A stretch of DNA of 64,000 nucleotides from Octopus vulgaris (lineage: Eukaryota), in contig OX597817.1 in assembly GCA_951406725.2 (NCBI GenBank), positions 48,236,001 through 48,300,000 of the forward strand, given 5' to 3'. Of this stretch, positions 39,201-51,637 are shown piece by piece; position 1 is the stretch's first letter, and each line of letters begins with the position of its first letter. The notes under the pieces are model-generated. The model did not search any database. It was not told the DNA's origin and saw only the letters and a list, made by a program, of their open reading frames with translations. The translations under genes were made by a program, and so were the position numbers.

Positions 39201-42200
39201 CGTAGAGGCAGCGATTCAACTCAGACGTAGTTCACGTTGAGCATCGTTCTCTGCAGCTCTGGCAAATGCCGTAGAGGCAGCGCTTCTATTCAGACGTAGT
39301 TCACGTTGTGCATCGTTCTCTGAAGCTCTGGCAAGTGCCGTAGAGGCAGCGTTTCTATGCAGAGGTAGTTCACGTTGAGCATCGTTCTCTGCAGCCCTGG
39401 CAAATGCCGTAGAGGCATCGTTTCTACTCAGATGTAGTTCACGTTATGTATCGTTCTCTGCAGCTCTAGCAAATGCCGTAGAGGCATCGTTTCTACTCAG
39501 ATGTAGTTCACGTTGAGCATCGTTCTAAGCAGTTCTGGCAAATGCCGTAGAGGCAGCGCTTCTACTCAGACGTAGTTCACGTTGTGCATCGTTCTCTGCG
39601 GCTCTGGCAAATGTCGTAGAGACAGAGTTTCTACTCAGACGTAGTTCACGTTGAGCATCGTTCTCTGCAGCTCTGGCAAATGTCTTAGAGGCATCGTTTC
39701 TACTCAGATGTAGTTCAAGTTGTGCATCGTTCTCTGCAGCTCTAGCAAATGCCGTAGAGGCAGCGTTTCTACTCAGATGTAGTTCAAGTTGTACATCGTT
39801 CTCTGCAGCTCTGGCAAATGCCGTAGAGGCAGCGTTTCTACTCACACGTAGTTCACGTTGAGCATCGTTCTCTGCAGCTCTGGCAAATGTCGTAGAGGCA
39901 TCGTTTCTACTCAGATGTAGTTCACGTTGTGCATCGTTCTCTGCAGCTCTGGCAAATGCCGTAGAGGCAGCGTTTCTACTCAGACGTAGTTCACGTTGAG
40001 CATCGTTCTCTGCAGCGCTAGCAAATGCTGTAGAGGCAGCGATTCTACTCAGACGTGGTTCACGTTGAGCATCGTCCTCTAGCTTTGGCAAATGCCGTAG
40101 AGGCATCGTTTCTACTCAGATGTATTTCACGTTGAGCATCGTTCTCTGCGGCTCTGGCAAATGCCGTAGAGACAGCGTTTCTACTCAGACGTAGTTCACG
40201 TTGTGCATCGTTCTCTGCTGCTCTGGCAAATGCCGTAGAGGCATCGTTTCTACTCAGATGTAGTTCACGTTGAGCATCGTTCTCAGCAGCTCTGGCAAAT
40301 GCCGTAGAGACAGCGTTTCTAATCAGACGTAGTTCACGTTGAACATCGTTCTCTGCAGCTCTGGCAAATGTCGTAGAGGCATCGTTTCTACTCAGATGTA
40401 GTTCACGTTGAGCATCGTTCTCTGCAGCTCTGGAAAATGTCGTAGAGGCATCGTTTCTACTCAGATGTAGTTCACGTTGAGCATCGTTCTCTGCCGCTCT
40501 GGCAAATGCCGTAGAGGCAGCGCTTCTATTCAGACGTAGGTCACGTTGTGCATCGTTCTCTGAAGCTCTGGCAAATGCCGTAGAGGCAGCGTTTCTATGC
40601 AGAGGTAGTTCACGTTGAGCATCGTTCTCTGCAGCCCTGGCAAATGCCGTAGAGGCATCGTTTCTACTCAGACGTAGTTCACGTTGAGCATCGTTCTCTG
40701 CACCTCTGGCAAATGCCGTAGAGGCAGCGCTTCTATTCAGACGTAGTTCACGTTGAGCATCGTTCTCTGAAGCTCTGGCAAATGCCGTAGAGGCAGCGTT
40801 TCTATGCAGAGGTAGTTCACGTTGAGCATCGTTCTCTGCAGCCCTGGCAAATTCCGTAGAGGCAGCGCTTCTACTCAGACGTAGTTCACGTTGAGCATCG
40901 TTCTCTGCAGCTCTGGCAAATGCCGTAGAAGCAGCGTTTCTACTCAGAGGTAGTTCACGTTGAGAATCGTTCTCTGCAGCTCTGGCAAATGTCGTAGAGG
41001 CATCGTTTCTACTCAGATGTAGTTCACGTTGTGCATCGTTCTCTGCAGCTCTGGCAAATGCCGTAGAGGCATCGTTTCTACTCAGATGTAGTTCACGTTT
41101 GCATCGTTCTATGCAGCTCTGGCAAATGCCGTAGAGGCAACGTTTCTATGCAGAGGTAGTTCACGTTGAGCATCGTTCTCTGCAGCCCTGGCAAATGCCG
41201 TAGAGGCAGCGTTTCTACTCAGACGTAGTTCACGTTGAGCATCGTTCTCTGCAGCTCTGGCAAATGCCGTAGAGGCATCGTTTCTACTCAGATGTAGTTC
41301 ACGTTGAGCATCTTTCTCTGCTGCTCTGGCAAATGTCGTAGAGGCAGCGTTTCTACTCAGACGTAGTTCATGTTGAGCATCGTGTTTAGCAGCTCTGGCA
41401 AATGCGGTAGAGGCAGCGTTTCTACTCAGACGTAGTTCACGTTGGACATTGTTCTCTGCAGCTCTGGCAAATGCCGTAGAGGCATCGTTTCTACTGAGAT
41501 GTAGTTCACGTTGAGTATCGTTCTCTGCAGCTCTAGCAAATGCCGTAGATGCATCGTTTCTACTCAGATGTAGTTCACGTTGAGCATCGTTCTCTGCAGT
41601 TCTGGCAAATGCCGTAGAGGCAGCGCTTCTACTCAGACGTAGATCACGTTGTGCATCGTTCTCTGCGGCTCTGGCAAATGCCGTAGAGACAGCGTTTCTA
41701 ATCAGACGTAGTTCACGTTGTGCATCGTTCTCTGCAGCTCTGGCAAATGTCGTAGAGGCATCGTTTCTACTCAGATGTAGTTCACGTTGTGCATCGTTCT
41801 CTGCAGCTCTGGCAAATGCCGTAGAGGCAGCGTTTCTACTCAGACGTAGTTCACGTTGAGCATCGTTCTCTGCAGCTCTGGCAAATGTCGTAGAGGCATC
41901 GTTTCTACTCAGACGTACTTCACGTTGAGCATCGTTCTCTGCAGCTCTGGCAAATGCCGTAGAGGCATCGTTTCTACTCAGATGTAGTTCAAGTTGTGCA
42001 TCGTTCTCTGCAGCTCTGGCAAATGCCGTAGAGGCATCGTTTCTACTCACACGTAGTTCACGTTGAGCATCGTTCTCTGCAGCTCTGGCAAATGCCGTAG
42101 AGGCAGCGCTTCTATTCAGACGTAGTTCACGTTGAGCATCGTTCTCTGAAGCTCTGGCAAATGCCGTAGAGGCAGCGTTTCTATGCAGAGGTAGTTCACG

Positions 42201-45127
42201 TTGAGCATCGTTCTCTGCAGCCCTGGTAAATGCCGTAGAGTCATCGTTTCTACTCAGACGTAGTTCACGTTGAGCATCGGTCTCTGCAGCTCTGGCAAAT
42301 GCCGTATTGGCATCGTTTCTACTCAGATGTAGTTCAAGTTGTGCATCGTTCTCTGCAGCTCTGGCAAATGCCGTAGAGGCAGCGTTTCTACTCACACGTA
42401 GTTCACGTTGAGCATCGTTCTCTGCAGCTCTGGCAAATGCCGTAGAGGCAGCGCTTCTATTCAGACGTAGTTCACGTTGAGCATCGTTCTCTGAAGCTCT
42501 GGCAAATGCCGTAGAGGCAGCGTTTCTATGCAGAGGTAGTTCACGTTGAGCATCGTTCTCTGCAGCCCTGGTAAATGCCGTAGAGGCATCGTTTCTACTC
42601 AGATGTAGTTCACGTTGAGCATCGTTCTCTGCAGCTCTGGAAAATGTCGTAGAGGCATCGTTTCTACTCAGATGTAGTTCACGTTGAGCATCGTTCTCTG
42701 CAGCTCTGGCAAATGCCGTAGAGGCAGCACTTCTATTCAGACGTAGGTCACGTTGTGCATCGTTCTTTGAAGCTCTGGCAAATGCCGTAGAGGCAGCGTT
42801 TCTATGCAGAGGTAGTTCACGTTGAGCATCGTTCTCTGCAGCCCTGGCAAATGCCGTAGAGGCATCGTTTCTACTCAGACGTAGTTCACGTTGAGCATCG
42901 TTCTCTGCACCTCTGGCAAATGCCGTAGAGGCAGCGCTTCTCTTCAGACGTAGTTCACGTTGAGCATCGTTCTCTGAAGCTCTGGCAAATGCCGTAGAGG
43001 CAGCGTTTCTATGCAGAGGTAGTTCACGTTGAGCATCGTTCTCTGCAGCCCTGGCAAATTCCGTAGAGGCAGCGCTTCTACTCAGACGTAGTTCACGTTG
43101 AGCATCGTTCTCTGCAGCTCTGGCAAATGCCGTAGAAGCAGCGTTTCTACTCAGAGGTAGTTCACGTTGAGAATCGTTCTCTGCAGCTCTGGCAAATGTC
43201 GTAGAGGCATCGTTTCTACTCAGATGTAGTTCACGTTGTGCATCGTTCTCTGCAGCTCTGGCAAATGCCGTAGAGGCATCGTTTCTACTCAGATGTAGTT
43301 CACGTTTGCATCGTTCTATGCAGCTCTGGCAAATGCCGTAGAGGCTTCGTTTCTACTCAGATGTAGTTCACGTTGAGCATCTTTCTCTGCTGCTCTGGCA
43401 AATGTCGTAGAGGCAGCGTTTCTACTCAGACGTAGTTCATGTTGAGCATCGTGTTTAGCAGCTCTGGCAAATGCAGTAGAGGCAGCGTTTCTACTCAGAC
43501 GTAGTTCACGTTGTGCATCGTTCTCTGCAGCTCTGGCAAATGTCGTAGAGGCATCGTTTCTACTCAGATGTAGTTCACGTTGTGCATCGTTCTCTGCAGC
43601 TCTGGCAAATGCCGTAGAGGCAGCGTTTCTACTCAGACGTAGTTCACGTTGAGCATCGTTCTCTGCAGCTCTGGCAAATGTCGTAGAGGCATCGTTTCTA
43701 CTCAGACGTACTTCACGTTGAGCATCGTTCTCTGCAGCTCTGGCAAATGCCGTAGAGGCATCGTTTCTACTCAGATGTAGTTCAAGTTGTGCATCGTTCT
43801 CTGCAGCTCTGGCAAATGCCGTAGATGCATCGTTTCTACTCACACGTAGTTCACGTTGAGCATCGTTCTCTGCAGCTCTGGCAAATGCCGTAGAGGCAGC
43901 GCTTCTATTCAGACGTAGTTCACGTTGAGCATCGTTCTCTGAAGCTCTGGCAAATGCCGTAGAGGCAGCGTTTCTATGCAGAGGTAGTTCACGTTGAGCA
44001 TCGTTCTCTGCAGCCCTGGTAAATGCCGTAGAGTCATCGTTTCTACTCAGACGTAGTTCACGTTGAGCATCGGTCTCTGCAGCTCTGGCAAATGCCGTAT
44101 TGGCATCGTTTCTACTCAGATGTAGTTCAAGTTGTGCATCGTTCTCTGCAGCTCTGGCAAATGCCGTAGAGGCAGCGTTTCTACTCACACGTAGTTCACG
44201 TTGAGCATCGTTCTCTGCAGTTCTGGCAAATGCCGTAGAGGCAGCGCTTCTATTCAGACGTAGTTCACGTTGAGCATCGTTCTCTGAAGCTCTGGCAAAT
44301 GCCGTAGAGGCAGCGTTTCTATGCAGAGGTAGTTCACGTTGAGCATCGTTCTCTGCAGCCCTGGTAAATGCCGTAGAGGCATCGTTTCTACTCAGATGTA
44401 GTTCACGTTGAGCATCGTTCTCTGCAGCTCTGGCAAATGCCGTAGAGGCAGCGTTTCTACTCAGACGTAGTTCACGTTGAGCATCGTTCTCTGCAGCTCT
44501 GGCAAATGCCGTAGAGGCAGCGCTTCTACTCAGACGTAGTTCACGTTGAGCATCGTTCTCTGCAGCTCTGGCAAATGCTGTAGAGGCAGCGCTTCTACTC
44601 AGACGTAGTTCATGTTGAGCATCGTTCTCTGCAGCTCTGGCAAATGTCGTAGAAGCAGCGCTTCTACTCTGACGTAGTTCACGTTGGACATCGTTCTCTG
44701 CAGCTCTAGCAAATGCTGTAGAGGCAGCGTTTCTACTCAGATGTAGTTCACGTTGAGCATCGTTTTCTGCAGCTCTAGCAAATGCCGTAGAGGCAGCGCT
44801 TCTACTCAGACGTATTTCACGTTGAGCATCGTTCTCTGCAGGTCTGGCAAATGCCGGAGAGGCAGCGTTCCTATGCATTGGTAGTTCACGTTGAGCATCG
44901 TTCTCTGCCGCTCTGGCAAATGCCGTAGAGGCAGCGTTTCTACTCAGACGTAGTTCACGTTGGACATCGTTCTCTGCAGCTCCAGCAAATGCCGTAGAGG
45001 CATCGTTTCTACTCAGATGTAGTTCACGTTGAGCATCGTTCTCTGCAGCTCTGGCAAATGCCGTAGAGGCAGCGTTTCTACTCAGACGTAGTTCACGTTG
45101 AGCATCGTTCTCTGCAGCCCTGGCAAA
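33247..45127 (-). repeat. Tandem array of ~172 x 69-bp units encoding the STPR-like 23-aa repeat ENDAQRELRLSRNAASTAFARAA (Helitron N-terminus turned minisatellite)
   Basis: Unit gcatcgttctctgcagctctggcaaatgccgtagaggcagcgtttctactcagacgtagttcacgttga; reads in frame into the Helitron N-terminal region (ORF 33050-33829 ending KTCQFCNAK). Confidence 0.95.
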
Positions 45128-45884
45128 CATGTTTGAGTGTATGTGTGTGATTTTTACTGGGGAACGGCTGAGTTTGTGTGCGTACATATGTGTGTATATA
45201 TGCTGGGTAATGTCTTTTGAGAGGAATTGCCTTTAGTTCTTGGAGTCTTCTATTTCGCGTTCACACATATACACACACACAACCGTGCACACATATTCAC
45301 ACACCATCCTGATAAATGTACACAAAGCCATACATACTCCACAGAAAACTCTGGGACCAATTAAAAACGGCCCATGAACACAGACACAAGCACATACACA
45401 TAAAGTCGTGCACAGAGACACACATACACACTCACACCATTCTGAACTCTATGACCAGTCCGAAAAACCACTGAACCATGACATACTAGCCCAGAAACAA
45501 AAAAAATTCCTTTTCATTCCACATTGCTATATATGAAAGAAGATTTGAAAATGCAATTCTAAAGAAGTTTATTCACTTGATCGGTTTTCCTTTTAAAGGA
45601 AAGTATTGTTAAAAGTAAAATATAAGCTTTGTATAAGCTTTTTTGTGCTGAGTGCTGGTTGTCACAAATATACTGAAATACATATATACGTTCTTTGATA
45701 AAAATTTAAAAAAATATTAAAAACAGTTTAAAGAAAGTATTGAAGAAAGTATTCAACAAAAACTATTAGGATTCCAATAAAAATCATGTTTGTTTCGTAG
45801 TACATATATATAGACAGAAAAATATATTTTTAAGAATTTAAAAATATATATATATATATATAGGTAGGTAGGCGAATATCATCA

Positions 45885-46680
45885 ATTTCTTTGAATGAGA
45901 CAGCATTTCAAAATACTGCAACCTATTACAACAATGCATGAAGGAATAGTGGATTCTCTGAGAAGATCCAGTACAACCAAGTTAATGCTAGCAATAATAC
46001 CACACGTAGAACTAGACATAGGAGGGTTTTGTGGTTCAACCCAGCATTTAATATGGACGTAAAATCTCATATAGGTGGAGAATTCTTAAAATTAGTTTCT
46101 AAGCATCTTCTACTTAGCCATAAATTTTAGAGAATATTTAATAGAAGAACGCTGAAGATTACTATTCTTGTTGTAAAAGCTTCGCCTCTTGCATTAGCCA
46201 ACACAACACTAAAATAATTACAGATAGCTCGAGTGCCGGTTCAAATCTGAAGATTTGTAATTGTAAAGATGAGACCTCCTGTCCGTTGGAAGGAAAATGT
46301 CTGGAGAAAGGTATTGTGTATAGGGCCAAAATACAAATAGAAAGCTCACAAGAATATAAAACATACACAGGGACTTCAGAAAAATCTTTCAAGACCCGAT
46401 TTTGTTCCCACAGAAATTCCTGCCGCTACCCCGAAAATAGGACAAAGACTAGTTTGGCGAAATATGTCTTTGAACTGAAAGAAAATGAAACTTGTCCTTT
46501 CAATGTAACATGGAAAATCTCAGATAAAGCATCAGCTTACAGACATGGAGCTCATAAAAGGCCCATGAAATGCAATTTATGCCTCTCTGTACTGAGTATG
46601 CGCTTGTGTGTGTATGGATAATAGCGCTCTTAATAAAAGACGCAAACTCTTAAATTCCTGTAGGTAGGCAACAAAATTTA
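45885..46680 (+). pseudogene. Penelope-like GIY-YIG fragment (mirror of 25920-26700)
   Basis: ORF 46286-46621 GKCLEKGIVYRAK..YTGTSEKSFKTRFCSH..CNLCL. Confidence 0.85.
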
Positions 46681-47265
46681 AAATATCAACTGACAAAATT
46701 CCATATGAATAATATATGTTGACATTTGAATAAGCTTCGAATGCCACCTTTGAATTTGTATTTGTAATGTATGGTTATTTCGCATCGCAATGATATCGAA
46801 TGTATATTTCGACGTATTCTTTAAAAAAAAATTAAGAAAAGCTGAAAATTTACCGGGGTTCATTTTTCTTGCTTTTATCATTTTATTATTGTATTTTATT
46901 TCATTGCATTTTAGAAACCCATTTAATTGTTACATTTAATTCATGGATATTTCTATATATGGTGCTGCATTTTGTAAATTTGTAGTTTTAGTATTATATC
47001 CATTGAGTAGCTTTAATAAATTGTTTGTATATATACAATTGTGTATGTGTGTATTGGGGTGTGTGATTATGTATGTGTATGTGTGCGTCTGTGTATGTGT
47101 GTAAGTATATGTGTATGTTTATATTTATATTTATGTACACACGTACATGGATGTATACGTATAGTGTATATACTTATATTTGTGTGAGCACGTATTTGCG
47201 TACATATTTTTCATTATTTACATACATAATCATATATGTGGATTTGTATGCAAATATATACTTAA

Positions 47266-47302
<37 letters not shown>

Positions 47303-48699
47303 TGTGTGTATGTGTGTGTAATTTTATTTTATGTGTGCGTTCGTTACACACATTTAGTGAACTGTCTTTTCTTAAGTGTTTTTTCCTTTTCCAACTTCAT
47401 ACGAGCTAGCAACCTCTTCCTTTTCTCTCTTCTCTCCCTAGTTTCCCGTTTCTGTTTCTCTTTCGTTTTCTTTTTCTCTCCCTCCTCTCTACGCTTAATG
47501 TATACTTCCCATTTCTTTCGTCTGTAATAGCTGACCTGTATATGTATACACCAAAGAACGGCTTCTCTGCAAGGCCTCCGGGATTGTTAGGGACATGGAA
47601 GGACATCCGTTATACTCAAATTAGAGATCTGGACGGTATGCTTGCCGTATAAAAAATTCAAATTCTGGAAAAAGTCGCATTTTCACTTAATATTTTAATA
47701 TTCAATCGTCCTGGCTCACTGTAATAAATGGACAGGAGAAAAGGTTGCTAGTGGTGAACGAGTAAGCGAGAGAGCTTCCACTTTACTAACTGACCGACTA
47801 GAAAGAACACCTAAATCTCTCATTCAAATAGTCATCCATCATCTCAAAAGAAGGGAAGTGCGGGCGTTACTGGGGGATTGTTTAAGGGTCTGTGAGTTAA
47901 AACTGAACCTTAAGGAAGATCAAAGTTGAGAGAGAGAGAGAACCAGAGACAGACAGACGGACAGAAGGCGAGAGTGAGAGTTATCTCTGAACACAACGAA
48001 CCAGTGTGATCTGACAAGAAGATAGTGATGCAAGACACAGTTAGGATCCATAGGGGGGCAGTTTCTCCCTGAGTTTCGAATTTCAAACAGGTTCAAGTGA
48101 TTTACTGATGTTGAATGTAACATCTCTGTTCATATTAAATTTCTCCGGGATGAGAACCAATAATGAATGACGTACGAAAGTAAGCCTCCAGTTGACCTTG
48201 CCTCGCAAAAGTCGTACTGAGGGTAATGGCAGAGGGGGAGACATTTAATGTGTTGGGCGCGGCTGGCTACATCACCTCTCAGATGCTGAGAGCGTGATAA
48301 AACGATAGTTGGTATGGTGAGAGGGGTTGTTCTTAGGAATGAAACTTACTGTAGCATATTTCTGAAGAAGGTGATATGGTGATATATTCCGGGACATAAA
48401 GACGGTGATGTATATGTAACTACACACGTGCTGTTGGCGATTTCTTTCTACTTCTTTGGGCTTTTCTCTTTCTCCTTTCCGACAAAGAACTATGTTCGAA
48501 ACGTCAAAAACTCATTTCTCCTACTGATCGACCATGCTGGAGCACCGCCTTGAAGGGATTTAGTTGACAAAATCACCGACAGGGCGTATTTCTTAAGCCC
48601 AATACTTATTCTTATGGAATCCTTTGACGAACCGCTTAGTTGCGGGAACGGTTTTCAACGGTGATGGAAGACTAACACAGTCAGAAAGACACATACAAA

Positions 48700-48700
48700 C

Positions 48701-48750
<50 letters not shown>

Positions 48751-49100
48751 TTAGGGAATGAATCCAAAATTACAGAGAAAAATCAGATTTAGGGTTAAAT
48801 CCAATTTTATAGTAAAATATTATATAATATAATTCGAGACAAAAAACCCCTATTTTAAAACCAAACAAGAAAAGACTTAATCAATACATAAAAGTTCAAA
48901 GGACCAACGAAACAAAACCATTTTCAACAGTAATTGTATATGTATGCAAATATCCTTATTTTGTTCCATTCTAAACAAAACTGTCCTAAGAACGGGTACG
49001 TGAAACTCTGAATAACAGTTTTTGTGATATTTTTGCTGCTTTTTTAATAAAGCATATTACTTTACCTCCGGTATTCGGGTACTATTTTCCCGATCCCGAT

Positions 49101-49180
<80 letters not shown>

Positions 49181-49290
49181 ATTCGAGACAAAACCACTAT
49201 TTTAAAATCAAACAAGAAAAGACTTAATCAATACATAAAATTTTAAAGTCTTTTCTTGTTTGGTTTTAAAATAGTGGTTTTGTCTCGAAT

Positions 49291-49382
<92 letters not shown>

Positions 49383-49610
49383 AACCACAACAATGCGAAA
49401 CAGGATCGGGAAAATAGTACCCGAATACCGGAGGTAGAGTAATATGCTTTATTAAAAAAGCAGCAAAAATATCACAAAAACTGTTATTCAGAGTTTCACG
49501 TACCCGTTCTTCGGACAGTTTTGTTTAGAATGGAACAAAATAAGGATATTTGCATACATATACAATTACTGTTGAAAATGGTTTTTGTTTCGTTGGTCCT
49601 TTGAACTAAC
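48700..49610. repeat. Nest of (TA)n tracts, tail-to-tail pLTR fragments and a ~120-bp hairpin (49178-49295)
   Basis: 48896-49108 and 49376-49610 are inverted copies; attcgagacaaaaccactattttaaaa...ttttaaaatagtggttttgtctcgaat. Confidence 0.75.
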
Positions 49611-50134
49611 GGTCTTTTCAATAAACGCTTGAATGAAATTACAATTGCGGTTGATAATCATATTATTATAATATTCGAAGAAAACCTTAAATCAAAGATT
49701 ATGTAGAAGGAAGAAGCCCTGAATACCCAGGGTAAGTAATTCGTGGCAAAAAAACAATAAATTTAAATAAATTATATCAATTATATCAATTAAATGATAT
49801 AAACGTTTAAAAAACTTTCACAAAGAACTAACATCCTGAAATACATATACATTTAGCAATACATACACATACCAAACAACCTATATAGACATACATTATA
49901 TACACTAAACATACAGGCGTTGGTACCTGACTGCATACATATACAGACAAATATAGGCAAAACATAAATATATACAAATGCATAAACACACACGCACATA
50001 ATACCTTAGTAGACAGAGGCAAGAGAACGAAAACGAAAAGAAACTCAGAAAATAACAAGTGGTGAGAGAAAGAAAAAGGAAAAGAAGAAAAGAAATAAAA
50101 GAAAAAGAAACAAAATTAGAAAGAGAAAATAGAT

Positions 50135-50597
50135 AGACAGTCTTTGTGCATCTCCTGGCGAAGAGTTATTGTGGAAACTGGGTTTACGAGGTGGTCTTTA
50201 AGCTCTGCAATAATTTTGGGAGCTGTACTTTTGTGATCCTTCCTAACAATTCGCGTAAGAATCCGCCGGTCCCTATCTGAAAGTTTTGGTTTTCTTTCGG
50301 AGTTTTGTTTCAACGAGGAGGTTTTTCCCTCTTTCTCAAAGGCTGTGATTACTTTCGAGACAGTACACCAAACATTTCGGCTGTTTTCGTTACGCCAGCG
50401 CCTGCCATACGAGCACCAACAATTTGATCTCTTTGAAAGACCGATAGATCGGTCGTTTTAATGAATTTTAATTATCTTTTTCTGATGATATCTGAAAAAC
50501 ACCCAGCAATTTTAGCAAAACATTAAGCAACACTAATAATAAATATATAAATAAACATAAAGATAAACAAGCTTTTGACGGTTTTATAGATATTTCA
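50135..50597 (-). mobile_element. Tc1 remnant, local duplicate
   Basis: ORF 50116-50313; duplicates ~51140-51597. Confidence 0.8.
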
Positions 50598-50639
50598 AAA
50601 GAAACAAAATTAGAAAGAGAAAATAGATAGACAGTCTTT

Positions 50640-50968
50640 TCTACTCTAGGCAGAAGGACCGAAATTTCGTGGGGAGGAAGCCAGTCGATTAGATCGACCC
50701 GAGTACGCAACTGGTACTTAATTCATCGATCCCGAAAGGATGAAAGGCAAAGACGACCTCGGCGGAATTTGAACTCAAAACGTAGCGGCAGACGAAATAC
50801 CTATTTCTTTACTACCCACAAGGGGCTAAACACAGACGGGGTAAAAAAGGACAGACAAACGGATCAAGTCGATTATATCGACTCCAGTGCGTAACTGGTA
50901 CTTAATTTATCGAAATACCGGTAAGCATTTCACCCGGCGTGCTAACGTTTCTGCCAGCGCGTCACCTT
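50640..50968 (-). mobile_element. Nested family A SINEs
   Basis: Two overlapping gtcgatt..ctggtacttaat blocks. Confidence 0.7.
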
Positions 50969-51004
50969 AGACAGAGGTAGAGAATGAGATTACTTGGAAT
51001 TTGG

Positions 51005-51637
51005 TGAAGGATGACATGTCCGAGAAAAAATCATTCTAGGAACCAATGTTATAACTCTAAATTCTACTCTAAACGCTTTGCAACGTTTCTTTTTGAATGT
51101 AGTGGTTATCTGATTGCAGCCCTCCCATAAAATCCGGCTTTGTGCATCTCCTGGCGAAGAGATTTTGTGAAAACTGGGTTTACGAGGTGGTCTTTAAGCT
51201 CTGCAATAATTTGGGAGCTGTACTTTTGTGACCCTTCCTAACAATTCGCGTAAGAATCCACCGGTCCCTATCTGAAAGTTTTGGTTTTCTTTCGGAGTTT
51301 TGTTTCAACGAGGAGGTTTTTCTCTCTTTCTCAAAGGCTGTGATTACTTTCGAGACAGTTCACCAAACATTTCGGCTATTTTCTTTACGCCAGCGCCTGC
51401 CATACGAGCACCAACAATTTGATCTCTTTGAAAGATCGATAGATCGGTCATTTTAATGAATTTTAATTATCTTTTTCTGATGATATCTGAAAAACCCCCA
51501 GCAATTTTAGCAAAACATTAAGCAACACTAATAATAAATATATAAATAAACATAAAGATAAACAAGCTTTTGACGGTTTTATAGATATTTCAAAATTATG
51601 ATGCTAGGTGTTTCCATTATTTTGACCAACCCCTGTG
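51005..51637 (-). mobile_element. Tc1/mariner remnant (mirror of 24130-24750)
   Basis: TIR ggtgtttccattattttgaccaacccctg. Confidence 0.8.

Noticed and set aside
33247-45127. CRISPR-like array or giant intact repeat protein
   Set aside because: Units are contiguous with no unique spacers and there are no cas genes; repeated stops and frameshifts break the frame, and the array belongs to a Helitron.
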